DNA of 64,000 bases, taken from assembly GCA_963765535.1 (NCBI GenBank), contig CAVXWU010000014.1:199963-263962 (forward strand), in the 5' to 3' direction. Each line of letters starts with the position of its first letter. The first letter of the stretch is position 1. Origin of the DNA: an uncultured Verrucomicrobiae bacterium. GTDB taxonomy: Bacteria > Verrucomicrobiota > Verrucomicrobiia > Limisphaerales > JAHDYP01. The notes below the pieces were generated by a model, which worked only from the letters and a program-made list of their open reading frames with translations, made no database searches and was not told the DNA's origin. The translations under genes were made by a program, and so were the position numbers. Below are positions 17,742-27,247 of the stretch, in pieces.

Positions 17742-18088
17742 AAGTCAGATGGTAGCGTTCAAACGGGACAGCTCAAGCAATTTCCGGCACGACCACTGCT
17801 CTTTCAGGAGACATGCCAAACATACAATCAATTGATAATAAATCGATTGCATAGAAAGTCGCATCGACATTCGGACTGAGCATTGACATGGAATCATGGG
17901 GAAGCAACGGCTGTGCCATAATTTTAGATTCCCTCCCTGAATCCAGCTTCATCTCCCGCTCTCCTCGCACGTCTGTGGTCCAGGCAGTCCCCCGATCCTA
18001 TCTTCCTTTCCACAGACAGGTGGCAACCCTTCCACAGTTTCTCCTAAAACAATTGCGACTTGCACGCTACCTACCTAACGTCAGGCCA

Positions 18089-18871
18089 GTGCCTACCCGG
18101 TTCACCATACTCGGAAGCGGTTCGGCGGGGAACTGCGCCTATCTCGAGACTGAAGAGACCCGGCTACTCATCGATGCCGGTCTGAGCGCGCGCCAGATCG
18201 GTCAGCGTCTTGCGACCATCGGGCGCACGCCCGAGTCCTTGAACGGCATTCTCGTGACCCACGAACACCTCGATCATATCCAGGGGTTGACGCGGCTCGC
18301 CGTCAAATTCCAAATCCCCGTCTACTGCAATCGCCTGACCAAGGAAGCGATCGAAAGCCAACTCCAAATCCGGCTTCAGAGCCGCATCTTCCTCACGGGC
18401 GCCACGCTCGAGTTCGGCGACTTGACGGTGGAGACTTTCGCGATCCCGCATGACGCCTATGATCCGGTGGGCTTTTTACTTCATACCCATTCCGGCAATA
18501 TCGGATTCCTCACTGATCTCGGGCATGCCACCAAACTTGTGATCGAACGTGTTCGTCGCGCCCAGGTCCTTGTGCTCGAGACCAATCACGACTTAAAGCT
18601 CCTGCAGGATGATCGTCGGCGTCCCTGGAGTGTGAAGCAACGCATACTCAGCCGGCATGGTCATCTATCGAACGAGGCAGCGGCGGCGACCGCGGAACAG
18701 GTCGTGACCGCGGACCTCCACCATATTTACCTCGGCCATCTCAGCCGGGACTGCAACCGGCCCGAACTGGCCCATCGCGTCGTGAGTGAGAGGATGCGCG
18801 AAGTCGGTGCCCATCACGTGCGCATTGAATCCACATCTCAGACCCAGATCTCGCCCACGCTCGAATTCTGA
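18089..18871 (+). CDS. MBL-fold metallo-hydrolase
   Basis: HxHxDH motif THEHLDHIQG, preceded by ILGSGSAGN...LLIDAG. GTG 18089 is the likeliest start inside ORF 17888..18871. Confidence 0.8.
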   Translation: MPTRFTILGSGSAGNCAYLETEETRLLIDAGLSARQIGQRLATIGRTPESLNGILVTHEHLDHIQGLTRLAVKFQIPVYCNRLTKEAIESQLQIRLQSRIFLTGATLEFGDLTVETFAIPHDAYDPVGFLLHTHSGNIGFLTDLGHATKLVIERVRRAQVLVLETNHDLKLLQDDRRRPWSVKQRILSRHGHLSNEAAAATAEQVVTADLHHIYLGHLSRDCNRPELAHRVVSERMREVGAHHVRIESTSQTQISPTLEF

Positions 18872-19657
18872 ATGAGTCCACTCAATCCAGCAGCCCTTAT
18901 TCCGGGAACGTTGTACCTGGTAGCGACACCCATCGGGAATCTGGAGGACATAACACTTAGGGCATTGCGAACACTCGAACAATGCGACGTCGTTGCCGCT
19001 GAAGACACGCGGCACACGGCCCACCTGCTACGGCACTTCGAGTTACACAAACCACTCCTCAGCTATTACCGTTTTAATGAGGCCCGGAGATCCGAGGAAA
19101 TCCTAACCCGGCTCCGCGAAGGTCAAACCGTGGCCCTGGTCACGGACGCCGGCAGTCCCGGCATTAGCGATCCGGGCGAGCGAGTCGTGCGCGCGGCGCG
19201 TGCCGCCGGCCTGCGCGTGGAGGTGGTGCCCGGCCCTTGCGCCCTGGTGGCGGCCCTCACTGCCAGCGGGTTACCCACCGTCGAATTCCATTTCATCGGA
19301 TACCTTCCCCGCAAACCGGGCCCGCGCCGCCGCAAACTGGAAACGCTCAGGGACGTTCCCGGCACTTGGATCTTCTACGAATCCCCCCACCGCATCGAAG
19401 AGCTGCTTGAGGATTTGAACTCCATTTATCCCGAATGCATCGTGATGGTGGCCCGCGAGCTGACCAAGCGATTTGAGGAGTTTATCGCTGGACCGGCCGC
19501 TGTGGTCTTGCGTCGGTGTCATGAACACCGGATCCGAGGTGAAATTGTCCTGCTCGTCACGCTCCCGCCGGCGGTTCGGGAAACTCCCTTAACGGGAGAC
19601 CTTTGTCGCGCCTGCAACCGGTCCGGCTCGGGCATCAACAATTCGGTTTCGGACTAG
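18872..19657 (+). CDS. rsmI: 16S rRNA (cytidine1402-2'-O)-methyltransferase
   Basis: GTLYLVATPIGNLEDITLRALRTLEQCDVVAAEDTRHT, TDAGSPGISDPG and FYESPHRI are RsmI hallmarks. Confidence 0.9.
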   Translation: MSPLNPAALIPGTLYLVATPIGNLEDITLRALRTLEQCDVVAAEDTRHTAHLLRHFELHKPLLSYYRFNEARRSEEILTRLREGQTVALVTDAGSPGISDPGERVVRAARAAGLRVEVVPGPCALVAALTASGLPTVEFHFIGYLPRKPGPRRRKLETLRDVPGTWIFYESPHRIEELLEDLNSIYPECIVMVARELTKRFEEFIAGPAAVVLRRCHEHRIRGEIVLLVTLPPAVRETPLTGDLCRACNRSGSGINNSVSD

Positions 19658-19764
19658 CCGAGGTGCGTGAAAGCGCCGTTTGCGACACGGTCGGCACGTA
19701 TGTTGACGCTGGCTTTCCCTCGCAAACGACTCACTTAATGGCGGCGATCTCAGCCAATTCCTCC

Positions 19765-21144
19765 TTAGACGAACTTGCCCGGGTTGAGGATTCCCAAAGG
19801 ATCGAACGCACTTTTGATCGCGGCATGAAGGCGTTGGTTCGTTTTCGAAACCGCTTGTGGCCACCAGCGTTTTTTTGCCAACCCGATTCCGTGCTCGCCT
19901 GTAATTACCCCACCCCAGGCCAGGACTTGTTCAAAAAGCTCATCCAACGCAAGGCGACTGTTCCGCATCATCTGCCGGTTCCCTTTGTCCACCATGAGAT
20001 TCACGTGGATGTTTCCGTCGCCGGCATGGCCAAAACATGCAATCGCCAATCCATGCCGGCCTTGCAGCCGAGCCGTAAATGCCAGCAGGTCCTCCAGGCG
20101 CCCCCGGGGGACAACCACATCCTCATTGAGCTTCGTCAGACCGGTATCGCGCAGGGAGTAGCTGAATTCCCGGCGCAATTGCCAAAATCGTTCACATCCC
20201 GAGGCGCCCAATCCACGTTTTAACGTCGTCGGACCAAAGCCTCTCAGGATCTCCGTCAATGACCGGAGTTCGGCCTGAACCGAATGGGTATGCCCGTCCA
20301 GTTCGATGATCAGGAACGACCGACACCCCGCCAGGAGTGGGCTCCCCGTTCTTTCCTGTGCCGCTCTCAGGGTGAATTCATCGGCGATCTCCAGGGCACA
20401 AGGAAGGAAACCCGACGCGAACACACCCGCCAAAGCGCGCGCGGCATTCCGCATTGAGGAAAATCCCACGGCCAAACAGCCTCGGTAAGGGGGCAAGGGC
20501 AGCAATTTCAACGTTGCCTCGGTCACGATCCCGAGCAACCCCTCCGAACCGACAAAGAGCCGCGCCAGATCGAAACCGGTCTTATTCTTGTGGGTTCGAC
20601 TTCCCAAACGAACCACGGATCCGCCGGCCAATACCACTTCCAGCCCGAGCACGTAGTCGCGCGTCACGCCATATTTCAGACAACGCGGCCCACCGGCGTT
20701 GGTTGCGATATTGCCTCCGATCGAGCAGTCGGCCCGACTGGCCGGATCTGGCGGATAGTATAAACCGCGGCGCTCGCAGCGCTCCTGCAAGTCCTTGGTA
20801 ATCACCCCGGGCTCCACCACCGCCACGAAATCAGCCCGGTTGATCTCTTTGATCCGGCGCATGCGGGCCAGGGATAAGACCACCCCACCCTTGGTGGGCA
20901 CACAGCCACCCACGTAACCAAATCCCGTCCCGCGGGCTGTGACGGGGACGTTGCCCCGCTGGGCGCATCTGAGCAGGGTCGACACGGATTCCACGCTCCG
21001 GGGAAGAGCGACCGCATCCGGGAGACGCGAGGCAAACCAGTGATCCCCGGCATGCGCCGCCCGGGTCGAATCATCGAACAAAAATTCGCCGGGAGGGAGG
21101 AGTCGTTGCCAACGCCGCAGTGTTTTTCGGTACCCCGGCGTCAT
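19765..21144 (-). CDS. FAD-binding oxidase (GlcD / D-lactate dehydrogenase family)
   Basis: 459 aa. FAD-binding PCMH-type N-terminal half (VTARGTGFGYVGG) and C-terminal FAD-oxidase domain (HAGDGNIHVN, GEHGIGLAK, LNPGK). Confidence 0.85.
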   Translation of the reverse strand: MTPGYRKTLRRWQRLLPPGEFLFDDSTRAAHAGDHWFASRLPDAVALPRSVESVSTLLRCAQRGNVPVTARGTGFGYVGGCVPTKGGVVLSLARMRRIKEINRADFVAVVEPGVITKDLQERCERRGLYYPPDPASRADCSIGGNIATNAGGPRCLKYGVTRDYVLGLEVVLAGGSVVRLGSRTHKNKTGFDLARLFVGSEGLLGIVTEATLKLLPLPPYRGCLAVGFSSMRNAARALAGVFASGFLPCALEIADEFTLRAAQERTGSPLLAGCRSFLIIELDGHTHSVQAELRSLTEILRGFGPTTLKRGLGASGCERFWQLRREFSYSLRDTGLTKLNEDVVVPRGRLEDLLAFTARLQGRHGLAIACFGHAGDGNIHVNLMVDKGNRQMMRNSRLALDELFEQVLAWGGVITGEHGIGLAKKRWWPQAVSKTNQRLHAAIKSAFDPLGILNPGKFV

Positions 21145-21365
21145 GTAGCCTCAGCGTCGGGGGCATCAATCAATGCCCGGGCCTCTTCGGCCACGTCTTC
21201 CGGCACTTGCACCCGAATTCCCCCCGCGGCGAGTGCATAGCCATCCATGCTCAAGGCCGAGAGCTCATGAGTGACCTGGGCCAGGAATCCTGCCGCTTCC
21301 AACCGTGACCGGATCAGATGGGCGTCCGCAGGACTAAAACTTCGGTATATCGTGACAAAATTCAT
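21141..21365 (-). CDS. DUF2007-like small protein
   Basis: 74 aa. The pattern (VTIYRSFSPADAHLIRSRLEAAGF...VQVPEDVAEEARALI) fits the putative signal-transducing DUF2007 fold. It is 4-nt coupled to the downstream oxidase gene. Confidence 0.5.
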   Translation of the reverse strand: MNFVTIYRSFSPADAHLIRSRLEAAGFLAQVTHELSALSMDGYALAAGGIRVQVPEDVAEEARALIDAPDAEAT

Positions 21366-21370
21366 AGTGA

Positions 21371-22420
21371 TTAGGACGGGGCCCGGGGAGCTATCTCGGA
21401 AGACTCCGGACCCAATTCGGCAAATACGATCACGCCTGCCCCTGTTTGGTGCAGGCTCTGGACTACGACCTCGGCGGTTCTACCGGTAAGATGCTGACCA
21501 TTATTCACCACCACCATCGTCCCGTCGTTCAAATAGCCCACGCCTTGTCCCTTTTGATTGCCCTCGCGAACAACTCGCAACGTGAGCAATTCTCCCGGCA
21601 AGAGCACAGGGCGCAAACATCGGGCGAGTTCGTTCATGTTCATGCAGCGAACCAACTGCAACACGGCGATCTTCGCCAAATTGTGATCGTTAGTGACCAA
21701 ACGGGCACCCAATACCCGCGCCAACCGGATCAGCTTGCCGTCCACGCTGGATTCTTCGGGATAATCCGCTTCATGGAATTTGACTTCGACACCCGAATTC
21801 GCCTGGAGCTGGCTCAAGACATCCAGCCCATGCCGTCCCCGTTCACGGCGAGACGACTCTTTGGAATCCGCGATGGCTTGAAGCTCGCTCAAAACAAAAC
21901 GCGGGACCACCATCGTTCCCTCAATAAACCCGTTCTTGGCCAGGGCAGAGATCCGGCCATCGATGATCGCGCTCGTATCCAACACGAAGAGAACCTCCGG
22001 CTTGCTCTGTGAAGCAAATCTCACATAAGGGATAATGAGCGAAAAATCTTCCTTGTTGCTCCGCATCGCCAGGATCATCCCGATATACCCGAAACCCAGA
22101 AACAAAGAGAGCCGGATCAGCCAACGCACCGGCATCTCCTCGGCGTAAATGAACAATCCGGATTGATCGATCAAAAGGGCTACTAAAGCTCCAAGCACTA
22201 AACCAAATGTCGCGGCGGAAAAGGCGCGCAGGGAAAAGCCCTTGATCAACTCGTCAATCGCGATGAGCAAACCCCCAAAACCGAATCCCACGAATATGGC
22301 TGCCACGGGACCACCTACCAACTCGGGTCGCACCTGGCTGACGGCGAGGCCGGCCAAAGTGCACATGCTCAGAAACAGTATGCGCAGGACCCAAAGAGAC
22401 GACATATTCAGCGTCACCAT
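21371..22420 (-). CDS. PIN/TRAM-domain membrane protein (YacL-like)
   Basis: Four N-terminal TM helices. A PIN domain follows (LFVLDTSAIIDGRI...LVTNDHNLAKIA), then a C-terminal TRAM-like beta domain (GELLTLRVVREG...GVGYLNDGTMVVV). Confidence 0.75.
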   Translation of the reverse strand: MVTLNMSSLWVLRILFLSMCTLAGLAVSQVRPELVGGPVAAIFVGFGFGGLLIAIDELIKGFSLRAFSAATFGLVLGALVALLIDQSGLFIYAEEMPVRWLIRLSLFLGFGYIGMILAMRSNKEDFSLIIPYVRFASQSKPEVLFVLDTSAIIDGRISALAKNGFIEGTMVVPRFVLSELQAIADSKESSRRERGRHGLDVLSQLQANSGVEVKFHEADYPEESSVDGKLIRLARVLGARLVTNDHNLAKIAVLQLVRCMNMNELARCLRPVLLPGELLTLRVVREGNQKGQGVGYLNDGTMVVVNNGQHLTGRTAEVVVQSLHQTGAGVIVFAELGPESSEIAPRAPS

Positions 22421-22598
22421 CGGTGGGCTTGCCAGGCCGTCGCCAGCCTTGAACCAAGTCCCGCCGCCTAATGAGGATGGCGAGTCTCCTTCACCCCTTG
22501 GCCCCTTTCAATGATTTTTAAGCTCGTAACCTGCCGGTATCCGGGGGAACCGCTCAGAGCCCGAGGGCCCGGTCTTCCCCCGCTTCACGACCGCCAGG

Positions 22599-25091
22599 CT
22601 AACTTGAGAGCGCGCCTTCTGCCGTGGTTGCGTGATTGAATACCAGTTTGTCGCCCTCGGCGCTGACCTGGATGGGCTCGTTTTGATGCAGATGTCCTCG
22701 CAGGATTTCCTCGGCAAGCGGGTCTTCAAGATATCGCTCAACGGCACGCCGCATCGGGCGTGCGCCGTACACGGGGTCGTATCCTTTTTCCACCAGGAAA
22801 TTGCGCGCCTTCTCATCCAGCACGATTTGCATGTTTTTGCCTTGCAACCGCTCCACCACTTTCTGCACCTCGAGCCCGAGGATCTGGATCAGATCAGCCT
22901 TCGACAGGGAACGGAAGACCATGACACCATCCAAACGATTCAGGAATTCGGGACGAAACACCCGCTTCGCTTCCTCCATGATCTTATCTCGCATCTTTTC
23001 GTAACTCCCCTCATCTGACGAGGGCCCGAAACCGATCGCGCTCTGTTTCCGAATGGCTTCGGCGCCCACGTTGGAAGTCAACAACACGATCGTGTTCCGG
23101 AAATCCACCACGCGCCCCACGCTGTCCGTCAGTTTACCTTCCTCAAGGATCTGCAACAGCATGTTCATTACGTCCGGGTGGGCCTTCTCGATCTCGTCAA
23201 AAAGAATCACCGAATAAGGCTTTCGACGTACTTGTTCGGTCAACTGGCCCCCTTCTTCATAACCGACATAACCCGGCGGCGATCCTACCAAACGCGACAC
23301 GGTGAACTTTTCCATGTATTCGCTCATGTCGATTTGGATCAGTGACTTCACATCGCCGAACATCAATTCAGCAAGCGATTTGGCCAGAAGCGTTTTGCCC
23401 ACCCCGGTCGGTCCCAAGAGCGCAAAGGTCCCGATCGGCCGGCGAGGATCCTTCAAATCCGCTCGCGAACGACGCAGCGCCTTGCAGAGCGCAGCCACGG
23501 CATCGTGCTGCCCCACCACCACGCGCGACAACTGCTCTTCCATGTCTAAAAGCTTTTGGGCTTCCCCTTGTTCCATCCGCTGCAGAGGGATGCCCGTCCA
23601 CTTGGAGACCACCTGCAAGATGTCTTCCTCGTCTACCTTCACCCGCTTCTCTTCGCGCGTTACCCGCCAGGCATTCAATACCGATTCCAGCTTCTCTTTG
23701 GTCTGTTTCTCCTTGTCTCGCAACGCTGCGGCACCCTCGAATTTCTGTTCCTTAATGGCCCGCTCCTTGAGCGCTTTGATCTCTTCAATCTCGCTCTCCA
23801 GGTTGCGGACATCGGGCGGCCGCGTCATGGCACCAATCCGTGCCCTCGACCCCGCCTCATCCATCACGTCAATGGCCTTGTCTGGAAGAAAACGGCCGGT
23901 GATATACCGGTCCGACAAACGGACCGACGCTTCCAATGCCGCATCAGTGAGCTCGATCTTGTGATGATCGTCATACTTGGGCCGCAATCCCTTCAGGATC
24001 AATATCGCTTCCTCCACCGAGGGTGCTTCGACCTTCACCGCCTGAAATCGCCTCTCCAGCGCCGCATCTTTCTCAATGTATTTGCGGTACTCATTTAGCG
24101 TCGTCGCCCCAATGCATTGCATCTCCCCGCGGCTAAGGGCCGGCTTCAGTATATTCGATGCGTCCATCGTCCCCTCGGCCGACCCCGCGCCGACAATCGT
24201 GTGCAGTTCGTCAATGAAGAGAATCACGTTGCGCGCGCGTCGGATTTCGTCCATGACCGCCTTGATGCGCTCCTCGAATTGCCCCCGATACTTTGTTCCC
24301 GCCACCATCAACGCCAAATCAAGGGTCACTACGCGCTTCTCGCGCAGCAACTCAGGCACATTACCTCTGGCTATCTCTTGAGCCAACCCCTCCACAATCG
24401 CCGTCTTGCCCACTCCCGCCTCACCCAGCAATACCGGATTGTTCTTCGTGCGCCGGCAGAGAATCTGAATCACCCGTTCGATCTCACCATGACGGCCAAT
24501 CACAGGATCCATCTCCCCTTTGCGCGCTATTTCCGTCAAATCCCGCCCAAACGCCTTCAATGCCGGGGTCTTCACGTCGCCCCGCTTTTCCCCGGGTTTC
24601 TCAGATTCGCCCGGCACGGCGCCTTCCTCGGACATCTGGAAGTTCGGATCCAACTCTTTCAGGATCTCCTGTCGGGTTTGTTCGATATCCACGTCCAAGC
24701 CCTTCAAGACCTTGGCCGCGACCCCGTCGCCTTCCCTCAGTAATCCCAATAAAATGTGCTCAGTCCCCACATAGGTGTGGTTCAATTGCCGTGCCTCGCG
24801 CGCGGCCAAAGCCAACACCTTCTTCACCCTCGGTGTGTAAGGGATCGCCCCGATCACTTTTTGGTCCGGGCCGTGGCCCGCCTGTTTCTCGACCTCCATT
24901 CGCACGGTCTCCAGGTCCAGGCCCATCTTCTGAAGCACATTCACCGCGACACCCTGTCCCAGCTTGATCAGTCCCAACAACAAATGCTCCGTCCCCACAA
25001 AAGGATGGTTAAACCGATCCGCTTCTTTCCGGGCCAGCGCCAGCACCTGCTGGGATCGCGGCGTAAAATTTTGCATTGCTTCGTCACTCAT
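22599..25091 (-). CDS. clpC: ATP-dependent Clp protease ATP-binding subunit ClpC
   Basis: 830 aa. Two Clp_N repeats, AAA-1 ([15 protein letters not shown]), a UVR-like linker, and AAA-2 ([22 protein letters not shown]). Confidence 0.93.
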   Translation of the reverse strand: MSDEAMQNFTPRSQQVLALARKEADRFNHPFVGTEHLLLGLIKLGQGVAVNVLQKMGLDLETVRMEVEKQAGHGPDQKVIGAIPYTPRVKKVLALAAREARQLNHTYVGTEHILLGLLREGDGVAAKVLKGLDVDIEQTRQEILKELDPNFQMSEEGAVPGESEKPGEKRGDVKTPALKAFGRDLTEIARKGEMDPVIGRHGEIERVIQILCRRTKNNPVLLGEAGVGKTAIVEGLAQEIARGNVPELLREKRVVTLDLALMVAGTKYRGQFEERIKAVMDEIRRARNVILFIDELHTIVGAGSAEGTMDASNILKPALSRGEMQCIGATTLNEYRKYIEKDAALERRFQAVKVEAPSVEEAILILKGLRPKYDDHHKIELTDAALEASVRLSDRYITGRFLPDKAIDVMDEAGSRARIGAMTRPPDVRNLESEIEEIKALKERAIKEQKFEGAAALRDKEKQTKEKLESVLNAWRVTREEKRVKVDEEDILQVVSKWTGIPLQRMEQGEAQKLLDMEEQLSRVVVGQHDAVAALCKALRRSRADLKDPRRPIGTFALLGPTGVGKTLLAKSLAELMFGDVKSLIQIDMSEYMEKFTVSRLVGSPPGYVGYEEGGQLTEQVRRKPYSVILFDEIEKAHPDVMNMLLQILEEGKLTDSVGRVVDFRNTIVLLTSNVGAEAIRKQSAIGFGPSSDEGSYEKMRDKIMEEAKRVFRPEFLNRLDGVMVFRSLSKADLIQILGLEVQKVVERLQGKNMQIVLDEKARNFLVEKGYDPVYGARPMRRAVERYLEDPLAEEILRGHLHQNEPIQVSAEGDKLVFNHATTAEGALSS

Positions 25092-25369
25092 ACGATCAGC
25101 CTCAGTGTCTCAAGATGCAGTCACGCAAAGACTTTGTCTAGTGCTCTCACGCGCCGGCACACCACCCGCCCGACCCGCTCACGGCCGTCCCGGCCGCTCT
25201 CGACAGCTTATTGGAGCGGCACTACGAGTGCCACACTATACTATCCAACCCAAACCTGCCCACAAAATTTGGCGCTTCTGAGGAAAAGGGCGTCACTCCA
25301 GGACACTCAAGCCTGGAACACTGCTTGGCTGTTCCACCGGGTCGCCACCACCCATCGGCGGTCGCAGCA

Positions 25370-27247
25370 TCAGATGAAGTCCATCTCGTAGCTGTATACA
25401 CCGCCGCTCAAGCTGCACTTCGTTCGGGTATTACCCTTGTTAAATACCCGCTGCATTGCCTTGTTCTCGGATAAGACTTCAGCGGTGAATCCTCGAATTC
25501 CATTTCGCCGGGCAATGCGGATCAGGTATCGGAATAGAAAGGTTCCGATTCCCTGCTTTTGCCAATGATCTTGAACGGTGAACGCCACTTCTGCCCGATT
25601 GGACTTCGGATCAAGCCAGTACCGGCCAACGGCAATGATCTCCTCGCCGGATGCTTCGGGCAGCGTCCCCACAATCGCCACCTCGTTCCGGTGGTCAATG
25701 AACACGAAATCTCGGATCTGCTTACGGGGGATCCGCTTGACCATGCTCATGAAACGATAATAAACGGTCTGTTGTGACAAGGCGTAGAATAACTGCCGCA
25801 TCTTCGGTTCGTCGGTCGGGTGGATGGGCCTGAAGCTGACCTGCGTCCCCACCGGAGTTACGCAGGTGGTCTTCAGTTCCTTGGGTCCCACCACGATCTG
25901 GTTTTCTTTCTCGGCCAACTCTGTGGCTACGTACTTGTCATCCACAGCCTCCCGCAGGAGTTTCGCCTGAAACTTCGGATGCGCGATGCTGATCATCGCC
26001 AGCGTCCGTTCCTGGATGCTCTTTCCATGCAGATACGCCACCCCATACTCCGTCACCACGTAGTGCACATCTCCCCGCGTCGTCACCACACCCGCGCCCG
26101 GACTCAGGCGGCCCACGATTCGGGATACCTTGCCTCCTTGCGCCGTCGAGGGCAGCGCAATCACGGCCTTGCCGCCCGGAGACCGGGCCGCGCCTCGATT
26201 AAAATCAACCTGCCCGCCGATCCCGGAAAAGAAACGCGTCCCGATCGAATCGGCGCAGACTTGACCGGTGAGATCAATCTCCAGTGCCGTGTTGATCGCC
26301 ACCATCTTGTTCTGTTGACCAATGATGGCTGGATCGTTCACGTATTCGGTCGGGTGAAAGGCGAACATCGGATTGCCATCGATGAAATCGAACAATTTCC
26401 GCGTGCCTAAACAGAAGCTCGCCACGATTTTCCCGCGATCCAGGCTTTTACGCGATCCGTTGATCACACCGGCCCGAACAAGGTCCACAATGTCGTCTGT
26501 GATCATTTCAGTGTGGATTCCCAGATCTTTCTTGTCCTTCAAAAATCCTAACAACGAATGAGGAATTCGGCCGATGCCCAGCTCCAGGGTCGATCCATCC
26601 TCAATCAAGGCGGCGATGTATTCCGCGATCTGGCGGGTCTCGTCCGTGATCTCTACCATCGGTACTTCCAGGATCGGGTCCTCAGTCGGCACCAGCACAT
26701 CGAGGTCATACACGTGAAGACAGGAATCTCCGGAGGTCCGCGGCATGTTTGGATTCACCAGCGCAATAACCAGTGACGCATTCTCCGAGGCACTCCGTAC
26801 GATGTCCACGGACACCCCTAGACTGCACCGTCCGTCCGCGTCCGGCGGTGTTACCTGAATCAAGGCCACGTCGATTGGCAACTGGCCGGAATCGAATAAA
26901 CGCGGCAGGTCCGACAGAAAAATCGGTGTGTAATCTCCCAGACCCTCCTGAATCAAACTGCGCACGTTCTCCGCGATGAAGAAGCTGTTCACCCGGAACG
27001 ATTGGGTCAGCCTTTCGTGCGCGTAGGGTGCCTCGCCAAACGTGAGGAGATGCACGATCTCCACGTCCGCCAACTCCTCCGACCGCCTCGTCAGTGCATC
27101 CACCAGCGGCAGGGGTTCGGCACAGCCCGTTCCAATAAAGACCCGTTCGCCGGGCTTGATCCGGGCGACGGCCGCCGCCGGGGAGGCAATCATCGACTGG
27201 TATTTGGTCTGCCAGTTCGGGTCGTAGCTGATCTTCGCGTTACTCAT
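25370..27247 (-). CDS. Acetyl-CoA hydrolase/transferase-family domain fused to a C-terminal GNAT acetyltransferase domain
   Basis: Inner start MSNAKISY at 27247 overlaps the upstream stop (ATGAGTAA). The CoA-transferase-like body contains VFIGTGCAEP and GIGGQVDF. The C-terminal GNAT motif is WQKQGIGTFLFRYLIRIARRNGIRGFTAEVL. Confidence 0.75.
   Translation of the reverse strand: MSNAKISYDPNWQTKYQSMIASPAAAVARIKPGERVFIGTGCAEPLPLVDALTRRSEELADVEIVHLLTFGEAPYAHERLTQSFRVNSFFIAENVRSLIQEGLGDYTPIFLSDLPRLFDSGQLPIDVALIQVTPPDADGRCSLGVSVDIVRSASENASLVIALVNPNMPRTSGDSCLHVYDLDVLVPTEDPILEVPMVEITDETRQIAEYIAALIEDGSTLELGIGRIPHSLLGFLKDKKDLGIHTEMITDDIVDLVRAGVINGSRKSLDRGKIVASFCLGTRKLFDFIDGNPMFAFHPTEYVNDPAIIGQQNKMVAINTALEIDLTGQVCADSIGTRFFSGIGGQVDFNRGAARSPGGKAVIALPSTAQGGKVSRIVGRLSPGAGVVTTRGDVHYVVTEYGVAYLHGKSIQERTLAMISIAHPKFQAKLLREAVDDKYVATELAEKENQIVVGPKELKTTCVTPVGTQVSFRPIHPTDEPKMRQLFYALSQQTVYYRFMSMVKRIPRKQIRDFVFIDHRNEVAIVGTLPEASGEEIIAVGRYWLDPKSNRAEVAFTVQDHWQKQGIGTFLFRYLIRIARRNGIRGFTAEVLSENKAMQRVFNKGNTRTKCSLSGGVYSYEMDFI

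Noticed and set aside
25092-25369. The clpC upstream spacer: a small hairpin GGCACT-acg-AGTGCC and a TATAGT-like -10. It was also checked for a CtsR/CIRCE-type operator.
   Set aside because: No heptad direct repeat (CtsR) or CIRCE palindrome is present. The spacing of candidate -35/-10 hexamers is poor and the 6-bp hairpin is too weak to interpret.
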